Shown here: in pieces, positions 12,149-23,200 of the stretch
Layout of the letters: each line of letters opens with the position of its first letter
How positions within the stretch are numbered: position 1 is the stretch's first letter
NCBI GenBank assembly: GCA_004431415.1
Contig: QPMI01000494.1
Coordinates: forward strand, 62,001-126,000
Source of the DNA: Cyanophora paradoxa CCMP329
Lineage: Eukaryota; Plantae; Glaucophyta
Direction of reading: 5' to 3'
Length of the DNA stretch: 64,000 nt
The notes under the pieces: model-generated
Told to the model about the DNA's origin: nothing
The model's input: only the letters and a program-made list of their open reading frames with translations
Database searches by the model: none
Translations under genes and position numbers: made by a program

Positions 12149-12530
12149 TCAGTAGCCCGTGTTTCCGCGGAACCGATTGCGCATGTCGACCTGCTCGTGC
12201 GCATCGTACGCGGCGATGATACGCGGTGCACGCGAAGGGGCAGCGCACTTGTCCGCGACGGCACGCGAAATACGACTGGCGGTATCCTTGGCAGCGGGCC
12301 GGGATGAACTCTTCGGGCTGGTCGTCGGCCATCTTGTGCAGGCAATTCTTGACCGCCTGGTCCACTGGCACGGCGTTCGGGCCAGCGATGGCGTCCCGCA
12401 CGCACGGCGAGTCGAGCAGACAGTTCATCAGGTCCTCCCTGCGCCAATCATCACGCAGTTATCAGCTAGTCTTAGACAAGCAAGCGAAGCGGTCGGGAGC
12501 CCACCACAGCCCGCTGCAGCTCTTCGCCAT
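12149..12530 (-). CDS. COA5: Cytochrome c oxidase assembly factor 5 (PET191 family, twin-Cys motif); 3 exons
   Basis: Spliced protein MAKSCSGL(W)EDLMNCLLDSPCV...CQGYRQSYFACRRGQVDMRNRFRGNTGY*, matching the PET191/COA5 N-terminal Cys spacing and the C-terminal C.RG..D.R.RFRGN motif. Confidence 0.9.
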
Positions 12531-12854
12531 CTTGCGAAGGGGGTACACGACGGTTTGATCACTGGGGTATGCATCACTCGCAGCTCCGCAATTCTCCTAC
12601 AGCTCCTCCTTGCAGCTTTTCCTGTAGCATTCTGTTCGCGTAGCACTTGCTAGGGACTCCGGAAGGCTCCGCAGCTCGGGGAGGGCGACCAACGCTTGCT
12701 CCTCGCGGGCGTCGCCGCCGGGCCCCGGAGCGAGCGGCGAGCCCCGAGCAGTGCAACGAAAGCACGGACTGCGCACCTGTAGGGTACCGAGCAGCCCATT
12801 CCGTACGAAGGTCCGAGCCCACGAGCCAGTAAGGGACCGAGCAGCCCATTCCGT

Positions 12855-14308
12855 ATGATCCAGCACTCCCATCACCACCCCTACAATGGCGAAGGGGATC
12901 GCCCCGAGTCCTCCAGGCGGCAGCAGCACGAGTCCCTCCTCGACGCTGCACGTCCCGCCCCCGCACACGTCATTCTGGAGCCCGGCAGCGGGGCAGAAGT
13001 AGGCGTAGATGAGCCTAAGACGTTCCCGGGGCGAAGACAGAACACAGCGGTGGGTCTCAACACGGATCGGGACCACCATGACCCGCGAGGTCCGCCGCCC
13101 GCACCGCGGGGCTTAGCTACCTCTTCTCAGCGACGAAGCAGACCCCAACTCGTCGCGGAAAGTGAACTTCGACTACAGCCGCGTGACATTTGATCCGTCG
13201 CGGTCCATATCGCGGTCGGAGTCCGCGCAGTACAGCTTGTGCGGTGCGCTGCGCTGGGAACGGCTGCGTTGCGCTTATCTGCCGCGCATTCCGAGCTTTC
13301 GCGCAGGATCCGTGGTCGGGGACGCGCCCGAACGACGCAACCTTACCTCGAGCGACCAGCGCGAGCTGCTGTCGCTGCTTCAGCGCATGGACATCGCAGC
13401 GGGGCCGGATGACGAGCCGTCCAAGGCGAGCACGCCTGCGCTCCGCTCGCTTCTGCAGCACTATTCCGCTCGCTGCTCCCTGACTTAACACGCCGCAGCC
13501 GCCCGCCATCAACGTGCGCAAGACAAAGTCTCTGGACGAACACAGGGAGCGGGAGCGAGACGCCAGGAAGCTAATTCCGGTCATTAATCAGGTCCGGATC
13601 CGGACACGCTCGATCCGCGCCCCGCGCTCGCATTCGCTCGCTGCGCTGACGCGGCGCAGCGGACGGGCCCGCAGCCTCAAGCGACGTCCACCTCCTGGGA
13701 ACAGGGCTTCATCAGTCGCAAGCAGGCGCGCGCACACAGACACGCTACCTCCCAGCGCATCCCTTCGCCGCCGCCCGCGCCGCGCGCTGAGCGACGCTGC
13801 AGGGCATCCTGGCGAGGTGGCAGCGCAGGCTCTATGTCCTCGACAACGTCTATCTCCGGAAGCGCACGAAGAAATCCATGCGCGAGGTGCGGGGGCAGGG
13901 GGCGGGCGCTGCCGCAGCGCCGCAGCGCCGCAGCGCCGCACGCGCCGCCGCTCACGTGCGCCGCCTTAGGTGTTCTGCGTCCGTGACGTGCTCGAGATCC
14001 GACCGCAGGCGAGCGGCCGTACCCCCCTCCCGCTCTGCCCCCGGCTGAGCGCCGCCCGCGCAGGTCGGCGGCTCGCGCCCCAATGTCTGCTGCGTCATCC
14101 TCGCCTCGTCCCACGGATCTGGGCGGAGCATAAAGCTCGCGTTCGACTCGCAGCAGGTCCGCTTTCGCCTTTCCTTCAACCTCCGATTCGCCCCGGGTTC
14201 GAATCCCCGCAGGACATGAATCTATTTACGGACTCTGTTCTGGCACGGCGGAAGGCGACCGCAACTGCCGCCGCGGCGGCGTACGGCGGGCCGGTCACTG
14301 CCCGCTAG
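12855..14308 (+). CDS. PH-domain protein; multi-exon, true start possibly further upstream
   Basis: Spliced C-terminal exons give WEQGFISRKQ/GILARWQRRLYVLDNVYLRKRTKKSMRE/VFCVRDVLEIRPQ/VGGSRPNVCCVILASSHGSGRSIKLAFDSQQ/DMNLFTDSVLARRK, a PH-fold pattern. Confidence 0.7.
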
Positions 14309-14665
14309 GGCACCGGCCCGGCCCGTACCCCCTCTCCAGCCCCTCCCCTTCCCCCTGCCCACCCGACCAAGTGCCTTCGTCCGTCGCTTCTGGAGCCCCC
14401 CTCGCTCGACGGTTCCAGCCTGGTCCTCGTTCCATCTTTCTTTTCCCCCTGTATTCGAGATCGGTACCCTTCGAACCCCTTTTTTGTTATTATTATCGGA
14501 CGGCCTGTACTTGTATTCGATGGTCGACATCAATGCTCGAATCACCAAAACGACACCTTTTTTCTTGAAGTTCGTGTATTTAATGATGGCTCGCAGGCCT
14601 TCGTACCCCAACTCATCGAAGAGGCTCTCGCTTTGCAGCTCAGGCTATATGGCTAGCGTTCTAGA

Positions 14666-15055
14666 TCCAAGTGGCGTATATTTCATGCACCCAGCCCCGA
14701 CCCTTCCCCACGTGCGGGCCCGGCTCGCCGGGCCGGGCGGGCCCGGAGGCGGAGGCGCGGCGGGCGGCGGGGCGGCTCGCCAGGCGGGGCGGAGGCGCCG
14801 CGCGGCTTGCCGGGCGGGGCGGAGGCGCAGGGCGGCGGGGCGGCTCGCCGCACGGGGCGGAGACGTGGCGGGCGGCGCGGCTTGGGGTACGGGGGAAGGT
14901 GCGGCGTCCGGGGGCGGCGGCGCGGCGCGGCGGGCGGCGGGCGGCGGGCGGCGGCGCGGCACGCCCAGCTGCAGGGCTTTTTTAATTTAGACCCCACCTT
15001 GCAAATCCTGAGACGAGCAGGGGGCAGGGCTCGCAGGGGCGAGTCAAAGACCTAG
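14666..15055 (+). mobile_element. Possible short non-autonomous Helitron
   Basis: A|TC at 14665-14667, GC-rich body, small hairpin ctcgc-aggg-gcgag (15030-15043), then CTAG|T (15052-15056). Only one copy seen, so the boundaries are unconfirmed. Confidence 0.3.
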
Positions 15056-15079
15056 TATCGATCTAGCTATATATAGATC

Positions 15080-15258
15080 GATCCCGGAAATTGGGCCGGT
15101 GGTACAAGGTCGTGCTACGACCTCCCGGATTTCCGGGTTCGGTTCCTACTGTTTCCGCTTCGTTGTACTTCGAATCCCCGTGATTCCTGATACCGTGACT
15201 TGTATCCTCGTTGTGTACTACGAGTGGGTACGCCCGCCGTAGATCTTTAAAAAAAAAA
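15080..15258 (+). mobile_element. 3' end of a poly(A)-tailed retroelement related to family A
   Basis: Pyrimidine-rich tract, hairpin ctacg-a-gtggg-tacg-cccgc-cgtag (15218-15242), then A10 (15249-15258). Same layout as 3256-3295 and 60940-60980. 5' boundary approximate. Confidence 0.55.
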
Positions 15259-16012
15259 TTATAATATTCGAGGTTCGCACGTGCTATCTATCGGGGGGTA
15301 CTACTACTAGTCGCAGTATGTCAGCCTCGGGTCTCAATTCTGACCGAAGGGAAGAAGAGACCAGAGGCTATACTGCCGACTCGTGACCCGTAAATCGAGT
15401 AGTACCTGCTTCCATCCAATAGTGTTTAAGAAGTACCTGTCGGACTTTCGAGCTGTCGTGATCCCCGATTGATAAAAGCTCCGGTAACTGCAGTACCGAT
15501 TGTTAAAATCTCCGTAAGGACGTACGATTGAAACGAGATTCTGCCGGGGTACGTGGTTTCGTAAAAGCTCCGTAACTGGGTCCTAGCCGGGTCTTAGCTG
15601 ACTTGGTGCTTGCGTGTGGGCAAGCGTCTGTGCGCCGGTGTGCGGTGTGCTGGCCGTCGCGACCGGGCGCTCGCAATCGATAGTAAGGCCTTGGATATAT
15701 CTTCTATGGATGTTAACAAGTGCGCTGAGCGTGCTTCCACATCGGCCCTGAGCTAGGATGGAGGTTTTCGCGATCGGCGATCGCGACCTGATGTAATGTG
15801 TACCCCCCCTTGTATGTCTGTACCCCTTGTTGTATGTTTGTATAGCTATATATATCGCGATATATATTAATTATAATTAGGGAGTTCTTCATTCAAGTTA
15901 ACATTATATATTCACCGCGATATATATTAATTATATATCACCGTTAATTTAACAAACGCGGTGCATGCATGCATGATATTCCCCTGTAGCTAATATATCG
16001 ATCGTTTCTTGT

Positions 16013-17707
16013 TAATTAAAAAAAATCAGGCGAAGCCTCTTTCTCAAACCCAAAAACCGACGATCTAAATTCCTTTTTTAACCTTTTTTTCCACTCGAGA
16101 TCCCCCCTGCTAAATAATTTCCGTGTCGCACTCCCTCGAGCCAGAATTATTAATTCTGCCTCGACACGGACGCGATTGCCGCTAGTCACACACCCACCCG
16201 AACCCCCACAGACCTCTCTAGATCCATTTTTAGCGTCGTGGCTCCCCTAAGACGACCGCTCTCCCGTGGGCGTCCCGCGAAAATCGAATTTCCCTCTGCA
16301 TCAATTCCGGTACTTAACCTCCGACAAATGCAGTCCGAGTCAGAAGGTGGGACCCGGTCCCGCCCGGTCCCGCGACGAAATCGCGCCAGGGACGCCCCAG
16401 AGCGATACAGAATGACGCGCGAGGGCGAGCGCATCGGCGCAAGCTCAATTTCGGGCGCCGTAGGCGCTCCACTGCGAAGAGCCGGCCGAAAATTTGATCC
16501 GGCCGGTTCCGGCCGGTCCCGCGACACGCGCAATCGATGCATACTGGCGCGCATAGACATAGCAGGGCCTGCGCACCCCCGAAATCCGCTTTTCAGAGGC
16601 CGAACAGCGCAGGAAGGCTCCCGACGGCAAAAATTCGATCCTAGACAGGCCCGGACATCTTTCCGCGCGCCCGCGCCGCGGCGCACGCGCGGAACGATAG
16701 CATAAGCATTTAAGATGTACAAGAAGACTTCCGCACGGTCTCTAAATGCACCAGGCCGCGAGGACCCAGCCGACCCCGAAAATTCGATCCTGGACGGACC
16801 TGAACATCTTTCCGCGCGCCCTCGCATTCTCGCGCATGCGCATCGCTACAATATTCATTTGAGATTTTATCAAAGCCTTCCACAAGCTTCGAAGACGCGA
16901 AAGAGCACGAGAACCCAGCGGACGGCAAAAATTCGATCCTGCACGGACCCGGGCATCTTTCCGCGCGCCCACGCTGCGGCGCATGCGCGGAACAATAGCA
17001 TAAGCATCTGAGATGTAGAGCAAGCGTTCCGCACGCTTTACAGACTTCTGAGATGTGCCAGGCCGCGAGGACCCAGCCGACCCCGAAAATTCGATCCTCT
17101 TCAGACCTGAACATCTTTCCGCGCGCCCTCGCGTCCTCGCGCGTGCGCATCGCTACAATAGTAATTTGAGGTCTTTGTTAAGCTTTTCACGACCCCCGAG
17201 GACGCGACAGGGCGCGAGAATCCAACCGACCCTGAAAATGCGATCCTGCATGGACCTGCACGTCTTTCCTCGCGCCCTCGCCTCCGCAGCCCTGCACATC
17301 GGTGCTATATGCGTTCGAGATTCTGTTTAAGCGATTCGCAAGCTCTGCTCATGCGCCTGGCTGCGAGGACCTCGGGCTCGCGCGCCCCTCCCCGGCCTCC
17401 CCCCCAACATTATTATTTATATCAAATTAATCTCCTCTCAATCTGCTCCACCAGTAAAAACCAAGCGTTACCGGTCCAACTCCTCCCATAATTAATTATA
17501 TATTCCCTCTCCTCATTACATTGCTCTCTGGCCAACCAGGTCTCCCTAGAGCTGGCTATAGCAGGCCTAGGCCAGCCCATGGCCAAGCCGGCGAAACCCG
17601 GACAGCTGGCCATGGGCGGGGCTGCAGCAGGCCGCCTACTGTGACAGCCGTGAGGGCTTCCGCGAGGCTTCGCCGTACTTAGTGCTCCGCAGGAGCACGG
17701 ATCTTGT
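16013..17707 (+). mobile_element. Non-autonomous Helentron-like element (HINE/DINE-1 architecture) with internal tandem repeats
   Basis: 11-bp subterminal inverted repeats ggcgaagcctc (16029-16039) / gaggcttcgcc (17664-17674). 3' stem-loop gtgctcc-gca-ggagcac (17682-17698), then ...cttgtt. About five ~150-bp internal repeats. Confidence 0.65.
16560..17330. repeat. ~150-bp tandem repeat (about 5 units, ~307-bp dimer) inside the Helentron-like element
   Basis: aaattcgatcc...catctttccgcgcgccc recurs at ~16630, 16780, 16929, 17087 and (diverged) 17237. Confidence 0.85.
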
Positions 17708-17737
17708 TATATATATCACCGTTAAATTAACAAACGC

Positions 17738-17815
17738 TTTTTTTTTTTTTGGTGAATTACCGGCCACAGTCTCTAGACACCAGCACTGCGGGGGCTGCCC
17801 AGGGGGCATAGAGAC
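17738..17815 (-). mobile_element. 78-bp 5'-truncated poly(A) retro-insertion (family B) with 14-bp TSD
   Basis: T13 followed by ggtgaattaccggccacagtctctag...gagac, identical to 42242-42319. TSD aaattaacaaacgc at 17724-17737 and 17816-17829. An empty-site paralog is at ~15945-15960. Confidence 0.9.
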
Positions 17816-18264
17816 AAATTAACAAACGCGGTGATCGATCGATATTCCCCTAATTATATATATAATATATCGATCGTTTCTTGTTAACGTAACGTTCAAC
17901 GGTTAACGTTGCCGGATCGATTACCCGACGTCAACGCGCGATAATGCCGTTATAATTAACGTTAATGTGCAAGCTTAAGGGTATATATACGTATACGTAT
18001 ACGTACGTAGTCGGCGATCGCGATCGCGATAACTTTTCATGATCACCCGCTACGAGATACGAGCCGGCTAGCTATATAGCTATAGTGCGCCTTCGTCAGC
18101 GTGTAGCCGGCAAGCTACCGGGTAGATTAGTGCTAGCCGCCGTATAGTACTAGCTAGTAGTAGCTAGTAGACGGTCCCAGCCCGGTCCCGGATCCGGACT
18201 CCCGCCGTTCAGTCGACCCATATACAACCTACCCCTCAATATTATACAACCTACCCCTCAATAT

Positions 18265-18408
18265 TACCGCCCCGGCCATATACAAGCCCGAATTTTCACA
18301 GTCTGTTAATTTGGGACTCTCAGAGTCTGTTATTTCGCCTAATTATAAGGGAGGGCCGGATTTTATAACCTGTTAATAAACGGGCTGTTAATTTAGTGTG
18401 GCACGGTA
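18265..18408. mobile_element. Possible degenerate Tc1/mariner (pogo-like) MITE
   Basis: TA-flanked imperfect inverted ends taccgccccggccatatacaagcccg / cgggctgttaatttagtgtggcacggta. Confidence 0.3.
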
Positions 18409-18429
18409 TAGTACTGTCAAGTCACTGTC

Positions 18430-18780
18430 AACGTTAACGTCAGAGCTCCTGGCGTCCCCACTTTGCGATCGGCGGCCGGCTGCAATGATCTAATCTTTAA
18501 TTACAGTTGCTTGAGTTGGGGGTGGAGATCTTAAGCTTCAGCCGACCCTGCATTCAGTGCAACTGCATGCATTTGCCAAGTTGCAATATATTTAAATCGT
18601 TGGAGCGTCGGCCGTCCCTGTGTCGCAATCAGCAGCCGGCCGCGCGCCTGCAGCTGCACGGATCGGATTCTTTATTCAAGTGGCTTGGGTTCGGAAGTGA
18701 CTCAGTGAGAGCGTCAGCCGACCCTGCAGCTGCATTCAGTGCCACTGCAATTGCAATATAAATCGTTCGAGCATCGGCAG
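18430..18780 (+). repeat. Orphan, decayed ~2.5-monomer copy of the start of the large satellite
   Basis: Begins with the same aacgttaacgtcagagctcc as 20211 and is colinear with the first array monomers, with four extra micro-insertions. Confidence 0.9.
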
Positions 18781-20210
18781 CCGCTTCCCGGCCCGGCCCC
18801 GCGCGCGGGCTGATCGCATGCACCGATCTGCTGGCTGGCCACACCATGCAATATGGCCAGTAAGATCGTCACCCCCTCAGTAGTCTAGCCGCCCGTACTC
18901 TATATGCTCCCCTGCTAGCGCTACTAGTATACGTACTAGTACTGTTCGCTGTGTTATGAAAGTCCCCTTTGTCACCCCGTCTCAGCCTGGCAGGCCCTCA
19001 TTGCTCCGCCCCGCCGCCCTCGAGCTCCCCGCCACCCTCAGTCGCCGCCACTCTCTATAGCTAGCGCCCCACCCCTCCCTTAGGTCTCCACCGCTCTGAC
19101 CCGCCGCCCTTAGCTATAGTGTCAAGCTCGTCACCCCTCAGTTGTCTAGCCGCCCGTCGCGTCGGATCGATATCCAGTACTAGTCAGCCATCTGAGTCGG
19201 CCTCCTATATATAGCTATCGGAGGATTCGGAGCTCCGGGAGCTTGCGGATATCGTGCTTGAACGTGCGCATATGCATGTCGTGCATGACCGTAATTGCGG
19301 TATGTTGTGCTTGAACGCTCGAGCTCAGTTTAACTCTTTGTCATTTAACCGTATACGTACTAGCCTGCCTACGCGTTGCCAAGTCACACTGAGTTGGTCA
19401 TCCGGTACCCATGTCTGCCGAACGACCGTGGCCCACGGTCGTTTAGCAGTGATCCTGTACCCCTTTCCAACTCTCCACCATCCTTTCGATCGGCTCGACG
19501 CAAGTTCGCAGGTGCGCCAATGTCATAGGCCGGTGGCCTCGCAGCCTGCTTTTGTTTGATTCGGCCTGCTTAAGACGCTCCGCGCCGCCGGCCGCGGCCA
19601 CTGCTTTGGCCTGCTAAACATGTACACTCTCCGTTCCGCCGGCCGCGCTCCGTTCCAGCCGGCCGCTGCTCTAGCCTACTGCTTACCTGTTACAACTAGC
19701 CGCTCCGCCGCGGCCGGCCGCTGTTTTGGCCTAGCCTTTGCCTGTTCGATTCGCCACCGACTTCTGATATCGATCGAACTGCCGATCGAACTGCCGATCG
19801 AACTGCCGATCGAACGTTAACTGCCTTCGGCCGCGGGCAGCGTACGCGTGGCGTTCGGAAGATATCGATCTCGCTTGCCTGGCCAGGTGAGCCGCGCGCC
19901 GGCAGGGCGCCCTGTTCGTTGTCGACTTCGAATTCTGATCGAACTGGCCGCAGATTATAATTAGCTAGCTATAGCCCGCAGATGAGCTCAGCTAGCGCTC
20001 TAGATCTGTCACCCTCGAGTTCGCCGGCCGCGTTTTCTGGCATATCTCGCTTGCCTGGCCTGGTGAGCTGCGAGCGGGCAGGGCGCCCTGTTTGCCACCG
20101 ACTTCTGATCGAACTGGCCGCAGATGAGCTAGCGCCGCGGATCCGGATCTGTACATGTCACAGTGTCGCTTATAATTAAGAGTTTCCGGCCGCAACGCTT
20201 CTGGCGCTGC

Positions 20211-23200
20211 AACGTTAACGTCAGAGCTCCTGGCGTCCCCACTTTGCGATCGGCGGCTGGCTGCAATGATCTAATCTTTAATTACAGTTGCTTGAGTTGG
20301 GGGTGGAGATCTTAAGCTTCAGCCGACCCTGCATTCAGTGCAACTGCAGTTGCCAAGCTGCAATATATTTAAATCGTTGGAGCGTCGGCCGTCCCTGTGT
20401 CGCAATCAGCAGCCGGCTGCACGGATCGGATTCCTTATTCAAGTGGCTTGGGTTCGGAAGTGAGAGCGTCAGCCGACCCTGCATTCGAGCATCGGTTGTC
20501 CCTGCGTCGCGATCAACGGCCGGCTGCGCGGATCGGTTTCTACAAAATAGTGGCTCGGGTTCGGGAATGCGAGCTTCAGCCGACCTTGCATTTAGAGCAC
20601 ATGCAATTGCAATATAGATCGTTCGAGCATCGGCCGTCCCTGCGTCGCGATCGGCGGCATTTGCAATATTAATCGTCGGAGCTCCTGGCGTCCCCACTTT
20701 GCGATCGGCGACCGGCTGCAATGATCTAATCTTTAATTACAGTTGCTTGAGCTGGGGTGGAGATCTTAAGCTTCAGCCGACCCTGCATTCAGTGCAACTG
20801 CAGTTGCCAAGCTGCAATATATTTATATCGTTGGAGCGTCGGCCGTCCCTGTGTCGCAATCAGCAGCCGGCTGCACGGATCGGATTCCTTATTCAAGTGG
20901 CTTGGGTTCGGAAGTGAGAGCGTCAGCCGACCCTGCATTTAGTGCACTTGCAATCGTAATAGTATTGGCGGAGCTCCCGGCGTTGCTGCGTCGCGATCGA
21001 CGGCCGGCTGCGCGGATCGTATTCTTAACTCTTGTGGCTCGGGTTCAGAAATGAGAGCTTCGGCCGACCCTGCATTTAAAGCACATGCAATTGCAATATT
21101 AATCGTCGGAGCTTCTGGCGTCCCCACTTTGCGATCGGCGGCCGGCTGCAATGATCTAATCTTTAATTTCAGTCGCTTGAGTTGGGGGTGGAGATCTTAA
21201 GCTTCAGCCGACCCTGCATTCAGTGCAACTGCAGTTGCCAAGTTGCAATATATTTATATCGTTGGAGCGTCGGCCGTCCCTGTGTCGCAATCAGCAGCCG
21301 GCTGCACGGTTCGGATTCTTAATTCAAGTGGCTTGTGTTCGGAAGTGAGAGCGTCAGCCGACCCTGCATTTAGTGCACTTGCAATCGTAATATTATTGGC
21401 GGAGCTCCCGGCTTTGCTGCAGCTGCGTCGCGATCGACGGCCGGCTGCGCGGATCGATCTCTTAATTCTAGGGCTCGTGATCGAAATTGAGAGCTTAAGT
21501 TGATTCGGCATTGAGTGTACTTGCAATGATTTTATCAATCGTCCGAGCGTCGGCTGTGCCAGTATCGACGTCGCGATCGACGGCCGGCTGCGCGGATCGG
21601 ATTCTAAATAATAGTGGCTCGGGTTCGGGAATGAGAGCTTCAGCCGGCCTTGCATTTAGAGCACAAGCAATTGTCATATAACTCGTTGGGTCGTCTGCTG
21701 TCCCCATGTCGCGATCGACGGCCGGCTGCGCGGATCGTATTCTACAAAATAGTGGCTCGGGTTCGGGAATGCGAGCTTCGGCTGACCCTGCATTTAAAGC
21801 ACATGCAATTGCAATATTAATCGTCGGAGCTCCTGGCGTCCCCACTTTGCGATCGGCGGCTGGCTGCAATGATCTAATCTTTAATTACAGTTGCTTGAGT
21901 TGGGGGTGGAGATCTTAAGCTTCAGCCGACCCTGCATTCAGTGCAACTGCAGTGGCCAAGCTGCAATATATTTATATCGTTTGAGCGTCGGCCTTCCCTG
22001 TGTCGCAATCAGCAGCCGGCTGCACGGATCGGATTCCTTATTCAAGTGGCTTGGGTTCGGAAGTGAGAGCGTCAGCCGACCCTGCATTTAGTGCACTTGC
22101 AATCGTAATTATAATATTATTGGCGGAGCTCCCGGCGTTGCTGCGTCGCGATCGACGGCCGGCTGCGCGGATCGTATTCTTAACTCTTGTGGCTCGGGTT
22201 CAGAAATGAGAGCTTCGGCCGACCCTGCATTTAAAGCACATGCAATTGCAATATTAATCGTCGGAGCTTCTGGCGTCCCCACGTTGCGATCGGCGGCCGG
22301 CTGCAATGATCTAATCTTTAATTTCAGTCGCTTGAGTTGGGGGTGGAGATCTTAAGCTTCAGCCGACCCTGCATTCAGTGCAACTGCAGTTGCCAAGTTG
22401 CAATATATTTATATCGTTGGAGCGTCGGCCGTCCCTGTGTCGCAATCAGCAGCCGGCTGCACGGTTCGGATTCTTAATTCAAGTGGCTTGGGTTCGGAAG
22501 TGAGAGCGTCAGCCGACCCTGCATTTAGTGCACTTGCAATCGTAATATTATTGGCGGAGCTCCCGGCGTTGCTGCGTCGCGTTTGGCGGCCGGCTGCGCG
22601 GATCGTATTCTTAACTCTTGTGGCTCGGGTTCAGAAATGAGAGCTTCGGCCGACCCTGCATTTAAAGCACATGCAATTGCAATATTAATCGTCGGAGCTT
22701 CTGGCGTCCCCACGTTGCGATCGGCGGCCGGCTGCAATGATCTAATCTTTAATTTCAGTCGCTTGAGTTGGGGGTGGAGATCTTAAGCTTCAGCCGACCC
22801 TGCATTCAGTGCAACTGCAGTTGCCAAGTTGCAATATATTTATATCGTTGGAGCGTCGGCCGTCCTGTGTCGCAATCAGCAGCCGGCTGCACGGTTCGGA
22901 TTCTTAATTCAAGTGGCTTGGGTTCGGAAGTGAGAGCGTCAGCCGACCCTGCATTTAGTGCACTTGCAATCGTAATATTATTGGCGGAGCTCCCGGCGTT
23001 GCTGCGTCGCGTTTGGCGGCCGGCTGCGCGGATCGTATTCTTAACTCTTGTGGCTCGAGTTCGGGAATGCGAGCTTCGGCTGACCCTGCATTTTAAGCAC
23101 ATGCAATTGCAATATTAATCGTCGGAGCTCCTGGCGTCCCCACTTTGCGATCGGCGGCTGGCTGCAATGATCTAATCTTTAATTACAGTTGCTTGAGTTG

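Noticed and set aside
12574-13079. Minus-strand ORFs between COA5 and the PH-domain gene
   Set aside because: They overlap the probable 5' exons of the PH gene on the other strand and show no recognisable motif.
15335-15360. ctgaccga...gaag as a hammerhead ribozyme core
   Set aside because: Does not match CUGANGA...GAAA spacing, and no three-way junction with an NUH site was found.
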